A DNA stretch of 64,000 nucleotides from Ptychomitrium polyphyllum (GCA_973851085.1 OZ316775.1:17546001-17610000), one strand, 5' to 3'. Positions 24,885-39,200 are shown, counted from the stretch's first letter. Notes: generated from the sequence alone by a model not told the origin. Numbers and translations are program-made.

Positions 24885-25000
24885 TAACCATTGGATTTTT
24901 ATATCTATATTTTGTTAGATTTTGAAAATATTCATTTCTTTGTAGTTTTCAATGACTTTATTTTCAAAATCTAACAAAATTTTGAAATCTAATGGTCAAA
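24885..25000. repeat. Fold-back (MITE-like) element
   Basis: Perfect 22-bp inverted repeat at 24909-24930 / 24959-24980, plus imperfect outer arms. Confidence 0.7.
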
Positions 25001-26308
25001 TTATCTAGTTTTAAGCATTTATATATATTTTGATGTAATTTTAGATTGTGTGCATTTGAATGTATAAAATTTGTGCTTCTATACTATATAAGATGTTAAA
25101 AAGTTAATAAATAAAAACTTAAATATCTTATTTTTATAAGCTAGTAGAATTTATAAAACAATCCTTAGTTCTAGATTATTTCATAAAAGGAAAATTTGCT
25201 AGATAGTACATAGTTTAGTATGTGCTTTGTATAATATTCTTGAAAAATATATATATCATTTAGTACCTTTCTTTTAGTATTCATAGTTATTTAATCATTA
25301 TTGATATCATTCTAATCTTTGGTTTTTTCTTCTATAATAATCTTTTTGAATAAACCTTAAACCATAAATCCATTTATGCTTGCAATATTATACATGAGGT
25401 TATAAAGCACAAAATTAGTAAATTAAAAAAAACGAATTTAGAACATGGAGCATAATAACCAATATGGAAGAATTGACATACAAAGATGTTGTATTATAGT
25501 AGGAACCATGCAAATCAACACTATAAAATCTAAATCTGCAAAGAAAGATTTTTTGTTATCTCTTTAAATCGTACACCATGCTTTATTCTTCTTCCATTTA
25601 ATCAATTATTAAGTCAAAAAATTTAATCTAAAAAGGTTTTCTTATAATGCCTTTTTAGACATAAAGAATCTAATATTATTATATAAACAAAAACTTGTAT
25701 TTCAACACAACCTTATCCTTATAAACGAGACTCATTTTTGAACCAATCAAAATTATTGACGCACAATTGCCTGCTTCATAAAGTGTCATTAAAAAACCCA
25801 ACCGGTGAAGGTCACATATGAAGACCAAGTACTAAACACTATTCTAAACATCATTTAGTGCCTTACAATGGTCTTTGGCATTCCTCGGCTTGAGATACAT
25901 TGAGACACTGTCTACAAAATGCTTCTTCACGAACAAAATACAAAAACAAGAAAGAACTCCTACTTTAATCTGCACCTTAAAGAACCACACCGCACTAAAA
26001 TGTGTACCTCCCGCCACCAGTCTAAACATGCTACTCGAAGTGGATAGAAAGTGCGTGGATGAAGGACGAACAGAGCTATATGGACAGAAGTTAGTGGACA
26101 GACATGGATGAACAGAGTTTGGAGTGGATGAGAGAACTGGCGACAGTGGTGTGTCGTGGTGGGGGAAAGGATTAGGCGAGGTAAGGGAAGGGAGAGGCAA
26201 GGTAGCGGTTTTGTGGACAAGGAGCCGCTCACTAGTGATTGCAAACAGAGCAGCAATTTGAAGGATTGTTGAGAGAGAGAGACAGAGAGAGAGAAAGGAC
26301 TTGCAGTC

Positions 26309-26632
26309 ATGGCGGCCCTGACGTCCTCGCTCGCCGTGCTGACCATCACGCCGCTGTCGTGCGCCGTGCCGTCGAGGTCGCCCGGGAGCACCAGCAATGG
26401 GGCTGTGTCCATGTTGAGGATCGAGTGCTCGTCGCACCCTCAGAAGAAGGCGACTGCGCATCACAACAAGTCGAGGCCCAAGAAACACAACCCCTACGAT
26501 AAGAACAGGCGAGGTCCGACCGTGTACAAGCGCCTCCCGAAGCCGCCGCCCATCTGGGGCTTCGATACCTCGGACCTTGATCAGGCGGAGGGCGCCGGCG
26601 CTCCTACGGAAGCGTCCAGCACCGAAGCTTGA
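26309..26632 (+). CDS. PSRP6: Plastid-specific 50S ribosomal protein 6 (cL38) precursor
   Basis: Ser/Ala-rich transit peptide followed by IECSSHPQKKATAHHNKSRPKK..PYD..PTVY..LP..P..W, matching the family motif. Preceded by a GA-rich 5' UTR. Confidence 0.88.
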   Translation: MAALTSSLAVLTITPLSCAVPSRSPGSTSNGAVSMLRIECSSHPQKKATAHHNKSRPKKHNPYDKNRRGPTVYKRLPKPPPIWGFDTSDLDQAEGAGAPTEASSTEA

Positions 26633-27174
26633 TGAACTGGTTGTCCGGGCGGAGCTTTGCGTCCACTCTCTTTGTAGTTTCAGAGGTTTGTAGGGATTCA
26701 ATTTTTCGTTCGCTGTAGTCGGTTTCGGTATGATGAATTCGACTTGCAATTAATGGACATTGGCCCATGTTGGGGTTTTAGCAGCCGTGTGTCAGTCGTG
26801 ATGCTGTGAGCCACGTTGGAGTCACAAAAGATGTTGGTTAATGAATGTCAAATACGTTGCCATTGCTTGTAGGGCTTTGGCATTGAGAAGATCCTAAGTG
26901 ACCCAATTCATTATCTGTGTCGCTAAGAGTATCTCCACTTCTTGTATTTCAGTTTTCTGCTGCAATATATGTTCAATGCACTAAGGTGTAAGTATTTGAT
27001 TAGGTTGTAATTAATGTGATATGAGAAATGTTTTTATAGGACGTTCTTTTGGGTGCAATCTGGATTAGGATTACTAGCGGTGAATGTTTGAATATTTGCT
27101 GCGAAGTTTGTGGTGGATGTAAAAGGACAACAGGTGACGGTTGAAGAGGATTTTGATTGAGTGTTGGAAAGGCT

Positions 27175-28566
27175 ATGACGAACAACGAAGGAGATTCGTT
27201 GTCTGTTGTTGTGGATGATTCTGGACGTTTACGCATTTTGAATCCGGAGAGCAATTCTCACAGCCGTTCGGTTGCGCAATCGTGCACTGTATTCCAGTCG
27301 AAGCTTCAGCACTTTCAGAACGTAACACTCTCCAAACGCTTGTCCTATTACCAATGATTCAGAATGTGCATTTCCTGTGAGCTTGTGTATAGGAAATTAA
27401 AAAAATGAGCGACATGGCGGATTTGTTTGACGTTAACATTCTGGCGTCCCTTTTTCTTGATCCTCTGATGTGAAATAGTCAGTTGTGCAACTGTGGAGTG
27501 AGGGAAAGAGATTTAGGTTATGATTGAGGTCAGTTCTTCCTATGTGCAATAGAATGTTTTAGTATTTTTAACGGCATGGCATTGAAGTTTTATATCATTA
27601 GACCCATTGTAGATTAGTGATACTCTACATTTTGATATCAGTAGTGTCATATACGGATGGAGCTGTATGTTTGGCAGCTTTGTTCAGTTTGCATTCGACT
27701 TGAACTTCTGTATCTGCTTGCACGTTCCTGTAAATGTACAGAAATCAGTGAAGACATACACGTGATTGTCCTTACCTATTTGTTTTGACTGTATGACTAT
27801 ATTAGTCTTACCTTTTGGAGTAGCTTCATAAGTTTCTTTTGCGAGTTGAGCAGCTAGTGAAGCAGTTACTAGACCAGGCGGGTGAAGAAGCCCAGCAGAT
27901 TGAGGATGCAAAGCTAGCAGCCGTAGGCATGCGCAACATGGTATCTGCCGAAATCGAAACCCGACCAGAAAAGCTGCATGACCAGGGGAGCTTAATAGCC
28001 GACAAGCAGGAACAGCTCGAGGTAAACCTAGATTTGATGAACCTTAAGTGGTTTTTAACTTCAGTATTTTCTGTGCCTGTGAATCCGAAGTTGCAAAAAG
28101 TTTAAAATAAACACAAAACTACATGAGGTCGTAGGAAGTTTAGCAAAATATTTAGCATACAAGAACTATCGGTTCATTAGATCTTTATATGCTTACCAGA
28201 GCATATCTGATCCTGGTCTGTATTGTGCGTTACAACAATGACTATCTCAATCCTCTTTGGTTTTATTCTCCTGATTGCGTTTTCTGCTCCTCGTATGTCC
28301 TTTCCGTTACTAGAAAATCATTCGATCATTTGTGAAAGCTGACTAGACGTAAACGGTGGTGACTGAAGGATTTGCTCTTACGCTTGGATCTGAGTTGATT
28401 TGGAGCCAACCAGCATTTCATGCAGAAGATTTTTTGCTCTTGTACCTGAAACGCTCATCTGTTTTTCATGCAGAGACTCAATGCAGAGTATGAATCATTG
28501 CTGACGGTCAAGCAAGAACAGGAAGTTCTGATCGCCCGTCTCTCTGATTCCAGCTTGCAAGTTTGA
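27175..28566 (+). CDS. IFT20: Intraflagellar transport protein 20, 135 aa; exons 27175-27321, 27854-28021, 28474-28566
   Basis: Spliced product VDDSGRLRILNPE..FQ..IEDAKLAAVGMRN..LIADKQEQLERLNAEYESLLTVKQEQEVLIARLS. Both introns are phase-0 GT-AG. Confidence 0.9.
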
Positions 28567-29807
28567 CACCGCTAGCTCATAGCAAACACAGCATTCAGCA
28601 ACTGATTGAATTCTAAAAATTTGAAAATAGCACTATTTTAAAATGGATATGTCGCATAGGAGCACAACCCCATTATAAACCCTGCTCAGTCATTTGCTGA
28701 CGAGCCCTCAGTTACTAGTGCTGGCAACAAGTGTAATACAGATTTATCCCATTGTCAATGATTAAATGAAAGGAGTTCGTTGGCCTAAAGTTTTGTTCGC
28801 AGTCTGTAATCCAAGCGTTATCTTGCATTCTGTCACCTCTTTTTGTCAAAAAAAAACCTTGTTCCACTGATGATCGAGTGAGTTTGTGCACAAGTCACAA
28901 ATAGTCATGCTTCATGCATTCACTGCCGCATGCCCTCACTGAGTGCAACTTTCCAAAGGGGTTAGTTGCTGTAACTCCTGAAGGTTGTTATAATTGCAAC
29001 AGAATTGCCATATTACTGAACTCTGATTCCAGCAACCAGGAACGCGGCATCCTCCAATCACCAAACCAAGTCCTACATGTGCTTCTGTTCCTCAAGAGTC
29101 CAGCCTACAACATAGGTAGGTCACACTCGCGCGCAAATTGAGAAGTTCCGGATGCAACTTCACGCTCGATGGCATCAAATAAAGAAGGAAAGTCTTGCCA
29201 GGCTGTTCTTCTTTGCAAGGGACTCAGAAGTCAAGTTTTCACGTTCTCAGACACACCTGATGTGAGAGCTGATTCCATATCCCATAGTCTCTGTACTATT
29301 CGAACGTCATGACGTGCGACAGGGGATAGAATTTGCGCACCACCTCCACAGTACCGTTCTGAAGTCGCCATGTCCGCTGACTTGGGATAGGGTGCGTGCA
29401 GAATGCGACACAAAAAATATTTGTGGTGATCGAGGTGATGCTCTCTGACATTGAAGTTCTTTGTTTTCTTTGAATGGCAGGTTCTGTACGTGTTTCGTGA
29501 AGTGATAAGTGAGCTTTAACTCCGCGCATGAAAGGAAGCAGGCATTGGGCATTAAGGATTGAATTGTCTTGGTTGCCTGTTTCAGAGAAATTTGGATCAC
29601 AGCAGAGGGTTTACGTTTTGGGTTGAATATAGAGGGCCAGCGTACTCGCCATTTTGGTTTGCAAAGAAGAAGCGGAATCTGAAAATGAGATGGGAGCTGG
29701 AGAATTGGTGTTAATGATGGAGGAGAATTTTTTTGAAGACGGAGGCCAGGCAGGAGATGAAGAACTGTGAATAATCTCTTGAAGTACATCGCCTGAGTTT
29801 CGAGGCC

Positions 29808-32090
29808 ATGGAGAGTGACCCGGTTGGATTGTCGCAGCCGCTGCTGGAGCAGGCCAGCCAGTACGAGAAGGAATGCGATAGTGTGCTGCAGCAGCTCCGC
29901 GATGGCAGGCAGGGGCTCTTGGCCGCCGCTTCCTCTTACACAGGGCTCAGCTACGCGCGGGCGCGAACGTTGCAGGTTACGATGAAAATGCAGCATCAAA
30001 GCGAGGCTGATAGATCTTCGATGCATTGGCCTGTCAGACAGCTTGTCTGCAAGGACAAGCTTCCGGTGACATTGCCTGTGAAAGCGGGCTTAGCAGCCTT
30101 GATTGCGTCGCTCTTGGCCTATGCTCCGGGGTTCTTGAGCATCTTCAACAAGAATACCGCTTGGGCTGTGGTGACTGTCGACGTTGTTATGGAGACCAGT
30201 GTAGGTTTGACATTGAGCAAAGGTAATGAAATCTTTGACCTCGTGCGTGACTTGTAGCAGAAAAGAATCGATTCGTGTGTTGCAGGAGACTTTGATGCGA
30301 GCTTTGAAAAGGATTCTGCGTTGAGAACTGACGAACCTAGTGTGGCGCTGGATGTGTAGGGTTGAACAGGACGGTGGGTACTTTGATGGCAGCCTTGTTG
30401 GCCTTGCTGGTGGATGTTCTCGGGAATCACATGGGCTCATATGAAACATATTTCCTCGCCCTCTGCACATTTCTGGGCGGTGCAATCCCCACCATGTTCA
30501 AGTTCCGGCGGCCTTTCAGTGACCGATGGAACTACGCAGTCGTGATGGCGATGGTCACCTTCCACCTTCTCATACTCACTCAGAGTGACGAGAAAACCAA
30601 GCTCCCTTTGCTTCGCCTTGCTCTGATTGCCATCGGATTCATCATCGCATCGCTTGTCAACATAATTCTTCTTCCCAACTTTGCTGGAACCAATGTCAAC
30701 GATCTCCTCGCCACCAATTTTATACGGGCTGGCAACGTGATCGAGAGGTGCGTTCTGGAGTATTGTCAAGGTACCGTGTTGCAACAACACCCCGAGGCTC
30801 ATGATCACGCTGCCAACGACGAACTCCATTCCTGCTTTCACGAAATCTTGGCGTCAGATTCCGAAATAGATAAGCTTGTACGCTCCTTCATCTTTCACTT
30901 CGGCAATTATATATTCAAAGTTTTCAGTTCAAACTTCTCATGGTCCGTGTTTCCACAACTTTTGAGGATATCTTCTTTCTCTCGTTGACAGTTGACCGCT
31001 GCAAGGTGGGAATTTCCGCATGGCAAATTTTTCATGGGATACCCATGGCATCTCTACCGGGATCTTGCAGAGAATCTGCGGTTCGCTTACTATGACATCG
31101 TAGCATTAGACTCATCTCTGCGTGCAGAGATACAAGCACCCATGCATCTACGCACAATGTTTCGGACTGAACTGATGGCGCTTGGAAAGGAATGTGCTGA
31201 GTAAGTAGTTCGCTCACTTTTGTGATCTTCATCTCTTTTACAATCTGAAAATGCGATTGACATTCTACGCAGACTAAGTGGCTGTAATGATCACAGATGT
31301 ACTGAGAATTTATCCTGTACTGAATGGATAATCACTTAATGTGGATATCTGGTAGTAGTTCTTCTGCGTCACGGGGTAGCGCTTATCTAACTTACGGTCA
31401 ATGGCGTGAACAGAATTCTCCGATCACTAGGAAAGACCATGCTCGAGATGAGAAAGCACGAGCTATATAAAGTATTAGAAAGAGCGGATGAGATTGCCAT
31501 GTTGTTGCAACACAAGATCGCCAAAAAATCTGATTTACTATTGCAACTGCCCAAGCACCGGGACTCAAGTTCACGTCAGGATGATCACGCGGATCGTGCC
31601 GAAGCTGGGCAGACAGATATGATGGAACCGACTCTGCCTGAGCTACACCTTGAAACGTATGAAAAACATGCCTCATGCTCGATGCTCGTCGTTGCACTTG
31701 CATTGGATTTTGATAAAATACTCTTGAAATGGACCATGGTATAATTGACTCAGTATTAGTTCACTTACCTGTGCTGTCTGACGGTTCGGGCACAGGACTG
31801 AAGAAAACAAAGAATTGAAGCAGATGTTTGGGAAGGAACTTCCCAAATGTGAAGCAGCGACGTTTTTGAAGAGGAGAGGGTCGATTGCATACCACTGGGA
31901 GTGCACAGTGCAACGCCTGGCAGCTTTGTCGCTACTCAAGTTTGCATCGCTTCTCATTGAGATTGCAGCGAAATCGAAGCATGTGGTTGGGATCGTTGAT
32001 GAGCTTACTGAGAAGGGTCGTTTTGAGGGGCTGTCGCTCGGAGAATCGAAGCCCTCAGAAGAGTTTTTTGCAGCGTTCACCACACTCTGA
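29808..32090 (+). CDS. Aluminium-activated malate transporter (ALMT) family anion channel; exons 29808-30222, 30360-30877, 30992-31200, 31414-31656, 31796-32090
   Basis: WAVVTVDVVMETSVGLTLSKGLNRTVGT, several TM helices, ARWEFPHGKF..YPW and ALSLLKFASLLIE. Splice phases are consistent. Confidence 0.93.
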
Positions 32091-32964
32091 CTTTGATCTT
32101 CGTGTGGCATACCGGCCACGAACTCCAGATGGCCGACAGTAAAAGCAGGGACCTACGGTTTTATATATACATAGAATATATTATACAATTTAAGCAGTTG
32201 TAAGTACCCCTCTGGACGGGTGGTTTGTGTGCACAAGTCTCCTTCTATTTTGAAATCCAATGTACTATTTAAACGTAGTCTTGCTTGTAAGCCTGCTCTA
32301 TGCTGCATAAAACAAATGGCTTCGAAACGAGTATTACATTTATAATCCGTAATTGTAACCAAGGACTTCGAAAACATGGGCCGGTTTAATTTCGAACAGA
32401 CAGTTCTTACCAGACTAAAGGCAGAAGGAATAGGTGCAAGGTAACGCAAGGGTGGCCGCAATTAGCTCCAAAATCTTCTATTGCAAAAGGTGTCCGAATA
32501 GCATCAAAGAAATTGTAATGTTACAGCTACATTACAAATGAGCAAACTAGGGTGGCTTATGAGGTCACTACCATTGTCCGGCAGATGTTGCCTCATATAA
32601 GGCAGTCTTTGTTAGTAATACACGCGACACCTAAAGCATTGTTTTAGGGTCAGATACCAAGTGAAGGAGCTGATTTATACGAAGAATGTCCTCTTGTAAG
32701 CCAGAGGGTTAAGTGACCCGAAAGAAAGTGCAGCTTTACCGAACTACGACCTACAAAATGCCTCCATCTTTGCAACAGATGATCGGTTAAGTCTCGTTTG
32801 CCGCTCCTAGACACGTCAGACCTCACTTTGGCCCCTTGTTCGAAGGGATGCCAGAGCCGTCACACTTGTCAGAAGCTAAATCATGTCGTCACGGAGTGAT
32901 CTTGGACAGGTTTCAATTTCTCAACTCCCGGAGTGGTATCATTTTCGCTGCTAAACGGAGGATG

Positions 32965-35900
32965 TTATTTCAAAACCAACAACACCTGGTCCTCATTGGG
33001 CCGATCGTTATCCCTCACAACGGCAGGAACTTGGTCCTTCAAAAACTGCTGCAGTGTCTTCCTCTCTGGCATACTGGGAATGGTGCCCTTTCCTCGCACA
33101 GAGAGGGACTCAGCTGCAGCTGCAGAATTAGTGCAACATTAAAAAAGAAAAGTATTAGTTTATGGCACTTAGCCTGCCATAAATTTATCTAAAATACTAA
33201 GCACGGTCTCAACTTGCCCTCGTCACTTTTGTAGTTTCATGCGGAGCACCGTGCAATACCGTATGCGCAGTACATCGCAATTTTTGTTACACTGTCAGAC
33301 TTGTAACGTTTCCCCTCAGTTGATTTAAGGAAGTTGTTAGAATAGTAACATCGAACAAACTGAAAGTACCAGTCAACTACTGAGATTTGCTGGAAGGACC
33401 ATAGAAGTTGGAATGTACCTGCAAATCTCAACGCTTCAGCAGTCACTTGGCGCTCAATGAGTGCCACAACATAGGCAGCTGTAAAGCTATCATCAGCACC
33501 GGATGTGTCAATGATCGCCGGGGGCTGAATAGGGCCCTGCGACAGGATTGGAAGTTCTTTCTGAAACAGAAGAACGCCGGCAAGCTCGCCCAACCTCACG
33601 AGTACTTGCTTAATACCCTTCATCATGACCAAATACATTATGATATATCAGCTTCACAGACAGTAAAGGTAATCCCACGGTGTGTTCACACAAATTGGTA
33701 CGTTCACGCCTCATAAATCTTCACTTAAGATAAATTCAAAGGTTGAGCAATTAAGTGCTTGGAAAAAAATGAACATAACACTCTAGAAATGAAGAGCATA
33801 CGACCCTCTGAGAACCTTAGACGATGTATTAATTTCTTTATCACTTGTTACGAATGTATACCAAAATTCATTGTCAATGAGAAGAGCCACATGATTGATC
33901 ACCACAGGCATTTTTCCAGTACTAGAGATGACCAACAGTGCGAGACTCATGTGAGGTTTGTCAAATTGCGAACTCCCAAGACATCTTACACGTCCAAACA
34001 TCATTGACTATATAGTTCGATGCTGTTATGAAGAGGTGGCAATGCGTACTTCTGATTCGGAGCACATGAAAACTAATGTGAATAGCATCGACATATCGTG
34101 CTCTATTAACCTTTCCAGAAATACGAAATGAATAAATTTTCTAACTGCAGACAGGTCGGTTTCAAACCTATTATGAGGCGTGAACATACCAGTTGATGTA
34201 CCGACATAGCAGCCACAGTGATTTGGTCAAGGTTGCAGGTTGGCATCCTGGTTAGTCGAGCAAGTTCAGCTTCACTAACTCTTAAGACAGTGACGCACTT
34301 CAGGAGCTCCTGTGGTATTGGAGTTTCAGCACCTCCGGCATCCAAGACCACCGGAACATTGGCACTCCGAGCAATCTGTACAAAAGATCCTGCAACATTA
34401 GATCAAATGATATCATGTTCACTTGTCCCCTAAAGACAAGGTCGTGCTAATTCTGCACAATAAACACCTCCCTCACATATGACCACGAATCCAATTCTAT
34501 AAACGGTATGAAATTCCGCCAGTGTTGTAATTATAAATATTGAGGAATGACGGTTCAAACATGTGCATACGAGCCGTGCGCTTGTAAATTCTGCAGGAAT
34601 ATATCGATTGCAGACTCAAGTATGCGTCAGATTAATCCTCAATTTTCCAATCACATTAATTTGTAGGAACTCCAACCTTATGAAGGCGAGCGTGAATCAA
34701 GAGTATGTTCCACTAACGCTCAGTACGGAATGCTCAACATTTGTATTGTTATTTCAGTTGTAGCAAGATATGTCAGGACATCAAGCCGCACCTTTGCTGC
34801 CTCCAAATTGACGCTATCAGGGACTTCTCTCTGCAACAGAACTGCACCTGCTCGTCGTATAAGTTGTTGAACAGTTGTTGTCAATCTCCCAATTCCATCC
34901 TCTAGTCGAGGCCAGGATACATTAGCACCTTGCACGAACACAATTGAATTTATTCCTCCTGGTTGCAACATCACAACTGCATGTCCAGTAGGGCCCTTCA
35001 CCGTGTTCATGTGATCCAATCGAACTCCAGCAGAAGCAAGGGCGTCCTTAACAAGACTAGCATGTCCATCCTTGCCAACCTGCACAACCAGAAAAATTGT
35101 TATATATTTCAGAGCAGAAAACCTAAGATGCGAGGCCAGAATGCATATATTACAAGCAAAAAAGCAACGCTCTGAAGTAGCCACGAAAAAGACAGGACCA
35201 AGCATACATATGAAAGATTCGCTGAAATCTTTAAGATTATCTGCGGCTTGGTAATTAGTCCCTAAGGTTGCTTCACAAATAACACGATATCGTCACACAA
35301 GAGGCTAGCCACAATCTTGCAAGCAAGTGCAGTTCGGTCTCTATCACATTTGTAACCCAGACTTAGGATTGTAGACATCGTTCTTAATTCTAACTCGAAT
35401 TTGGATCAGCTCAGAAAATGGATAACACGAACTTGCGCTTGCTTTTGACTCTTTAACGTCAAGCGCAAGAATTTCAACTATTATTGTTGTTTTCAACCTT
35501 TTCTTTAATTCCGAAAGCATGCTACAGATCAAATGACCTTAATCAATGTACAGGACCAATGACTTTACACTGGATCCTCAAGAAGCACGTTCAAACACTG
35601 TTTTTTGAACGTTATTAAACCCTACGACATGTGAGAGCAAATGTAAGTCCAGATTATTAAGAATCGTGCCTACATTGCGGTGTACTCAGAAATGCTGTTA
35701 TTTTTAATTGCTTCTTGAATATATGGCTCTAGATGACTTCAATTCTGATATGCCTTTATCCAACACTAATCTCCATTTGCAGGACATCCATCTATTTAGA
35801 AGCAACACAAGCTGTCCAAGAGCTGCTCTTGTAACAAGCTTAAGCAAACAATGAACTCATGCTCTTCGTCTCGCATAAATCTTTCTTATCCAAAAAAAGC

Positions 35901-36215
35901 GATACAACGTATGCAAAGACCAGGAACCGACGGACGACATATAATCAAAATGAAACACAAGAGTGTTTATAAAAAAACTCTGCCAAAAACTGTTAAAGCA
36001 ATTATTTCGAGAAGCAGATCTCATACCTGGCCGACCAGATAAGTCGGATACGAGAGACGTGCAGCACAGGCTGCTTGATTGGCTCCTTTCCCCCCAGCAA
36101 ATGTGTGACCGCTCTTCGCCACAACCGTGTGTCTCTCCTTCGGAAGCTTGTCAATCTCGACGTAGATGTCCGCGTTCACAGATCCAACCACAACCAAAGG
36201 CGCGCTAAGCGTCAT
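32965..36215 (-). CDS. PfkB-family ribokinase-like protein; exons 36215-36027, 35079-34792, 34375-34190, 33617-33419, 33119-32965
   Basis: VVVGSVNAD, GGKGANQA, GQVGKD, PTGHAVV..GAN, LLQREVP, VLDAGG, DTSGADDSF and KGTIPSMP. The spliced frame is intact. Confidence 0.9.
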
Positions 36216-39200
36216 AATAGAAAACCTCTCCCGACGCTTCCAAAATTCCAAAATATCACATAGACAGTTGCAACAATGATCTCGTCTAGTTAACAAGCTT
36301 CAACAGAGTGCGCACGCAGTGACAAAGTAACGTCCGACTGTCTAAAGCTTTCCACAACGGCACCGAAATCCGCTACAACACAATCAAAACAACGACAACA
36401 ACACCAAACTCACTCTCCGAAATTTTCCGCATCTGCAGAAAAGAGATCCGAGTATCCTTTCCATCTACAGATTAGGCAAAAGAAAACGGAAGCCGATTCT
36501 GTAACATCGATTAGAGACGATACACAGATTTCCAATTGCCAGTCAATAAAAATAATTGCACGCTCGAAGATTATTCACCATATTTTATCGAGCGTGAACC
36601 AGAAGTGGTAATTTCATGATTTTCGAACATGGCGTAATAACTGCGCCATGGCGTGCGGAACGGCGAGTCGATTTCTACATAGACATGAGAACAACCGACG
36701 GTCGTAACTTCCAGTTTTACATCGCTTAACCTAATTCACTCGATCGCCTCCAGAAATTCAAGGTACTTAGAGCTGCAGCGCATGGCGGCTTCGGATAAAT
36801 TCTCTTGCCGCTGTTAGAGAAGTCAGTGATGCGCCATCACGGTGCTCATGATACTTCAAGCTAATCATAATATGCGGCGTTACTTAGGAGTAATAATGAA
36901 GTTTCTGGTAAAGACGCGATGTTGGAAAGTAAACGGGAAGACATGGAGTTCTCCCGATAGATTGAAGCGGTAAAAAACCAGAAATTGAGGTGTGGAAACT
37001 CGGCTTGTTGGTGAAGTCGCCTCTGAGTGAGCGATTGAGAAAACCTTGACGGGAATTCCCCGCGACTCAAGGTAGGTAGGTGTAATTCTACTCAGCGCAA
37101 AAAATTTAACCTAGTAGAGAATTCACCAACGAGGTAACTACGGAACACGGGCAGGCCTTGATCGCGCTAATTAAGAACGAGTGAACCCAAGGAGGTGTGG
37201 AGGAAGTGGAACTGTTGTTATTCTGCAAGGCTGCAATGGCTGATGAGAGGAATCCTTTGACAATTTGAGTTCAAAAAAAGATTGGGTCCAAGGTGGATCA
37301 ATAATCACGACGCAATGAATTTGTCTTACGCCTGAAGTTATTCACGAGTCTTAGTTTGGGCCAGTGTCGCCTCTTTCACCATCCCACCAACCGCCACTTG
37401 AGTTCCCAGGAAACTGTCCCCCCCGGTATATGAGGTTTATTTTAAATGATACTTAATAAATAATGTTTGGTATGACACATAAGATTCTTCAACTTTAGGA
37501 ACAGGCGTCAGGATCTTTGAAGAATGTCCAGGGAATATTCGATGTTTTCATGTCCGCACTGCTTAACGCTGCAGTGATATCTGGATGTACTAGTCTGATA
37601 TAAGGTGTTAACATATCGACCATGTTTATTCTTATGTGATACTTATGCAATACTTGGGTAGTGGTACTTCATTAAGAAAATTACTAGGCATAGTAAAAGA
37701 TTTTGAATCCTACAAGTATGGAATCTTATAGAGAGTTTTAAAATCCACCATTTTATTGAAGATTAGTTATTTGTAAAATTTAATGCATTTATAAGAAAAC
37801 CATCCATGATCATAATGAGTTTCCAAAAAGGTTCATTCAATAGAGCTATAAAATTATATAAATTAACTCATTTTTCTTGGGAATATTGGAATTCTACAAT
37901 AATAAATACCTTCAATGAAAGTTTTAGAATTTGCTATGAATTATAGATTTTTTAAAGAACTTCAAGTACACTATTCTTCTAAATACTTTGCAAGTATGAA
38001 GATAAACATTTGAAAAAAAAAAGAAATTATTTTAAATAGAAGAATTTTAATTATAATATTTTTATATATGCCAAATTTAATTCAACTATTAAATGAATTA
38101 ATGGGTTTGTCATATTATACTTTAAGATTCTTTGAAATTCTATGTGTTTTAAACCTTTTTGTAAATAAATCTAAAAATTCAAAATAAATCAAATTAGCCA
38201 TTAAAGTGTATGAATATATGATAATAATTGTGTCATTTTTTGAATAAAGATTTCAAATGCATTATCTCAAAGTAAAATTTAACCATATAATAATTTGATT
38301 ATAAAATCAAGATCAATTTTCTCGCTTTGAATTTTAAGAATGTAAAAAAATTTCAAATAAAATTTGTATTTGTTTCCTTGTAAGCTTAGAAAGGTACAAT
38401 ATACATTATAAAATTGTAATTTAATTTTGATAGAATTATTTTGATAGAATTATTTTAATATCAAATCATTTTTTAAGTGGATAATTGCAATTGTAAATAG
38501 TACTGTATTTTTTTACATTCCAACAAGAGAAAAAGTTTCTTTAAATATATTAAAATATTATAAACTATACAATGATTAAATTTGAAAACAATACCAACTT
38601 TTCTTGGAAAATTCAACATTCATTTGTAAATCATTTAAATATGTTGAATTTATATTCCATTTTATTTTAAATTTGGTCTAAGTTGAAGCATTTAAAAATT
38701 GAAGCTAAGGCAAAAGCCAAAGCAATTTTTATGCTAAGTATCATTATTTTAAGGTTATAACAAAGTCAATTTTTTTTAGTTTCAACCATTAAATATTTTT
38801 AATGGCTCAAAAGTTGAAGCCAAAATAATTAATATCCATAAAACTCTTCTTGCATATAATTTTGAATGAAACTTTATAGTACACAATATTACTTAGTTCA
38901 TCATATATAAACATTATTTTACATTTCATATTTAAAAAATTGGTCTTGATTCTTGTTTCAAAACAATTCCAATTTGTTATAAGTGGCAAATATTTATGGA
39001 CTTTCTATTGCATTAAATTATTGGTACATTGTCTTTTTGTTCAAAATCAAGCTAATAATATTATAAAATGTTGTATAAACTTCTTTCATGTAGTAAAACT
39101 CCTCAAGCCATAATCTATAACCATTGAATAAGGCTTTGCAATTTACAATTAGTTTTATCATCATGAATTTTTAAAAATCAATCTTTATACACTAAGTACA

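Noticed and set aside
25844..26749. 301-aa minus-strand ORF
   Set aside because: It is the antisense shadow of GC-rich PSRP6 and its UTR, with no recognisable domain.
36559..36596. 9-bp inverted repeat CACGCTCGA/TCGAGCGTG upstream of the ribokinase-like gene
   Set aside because: Too short to distinguish from chance, and not a miRNA-length stem.
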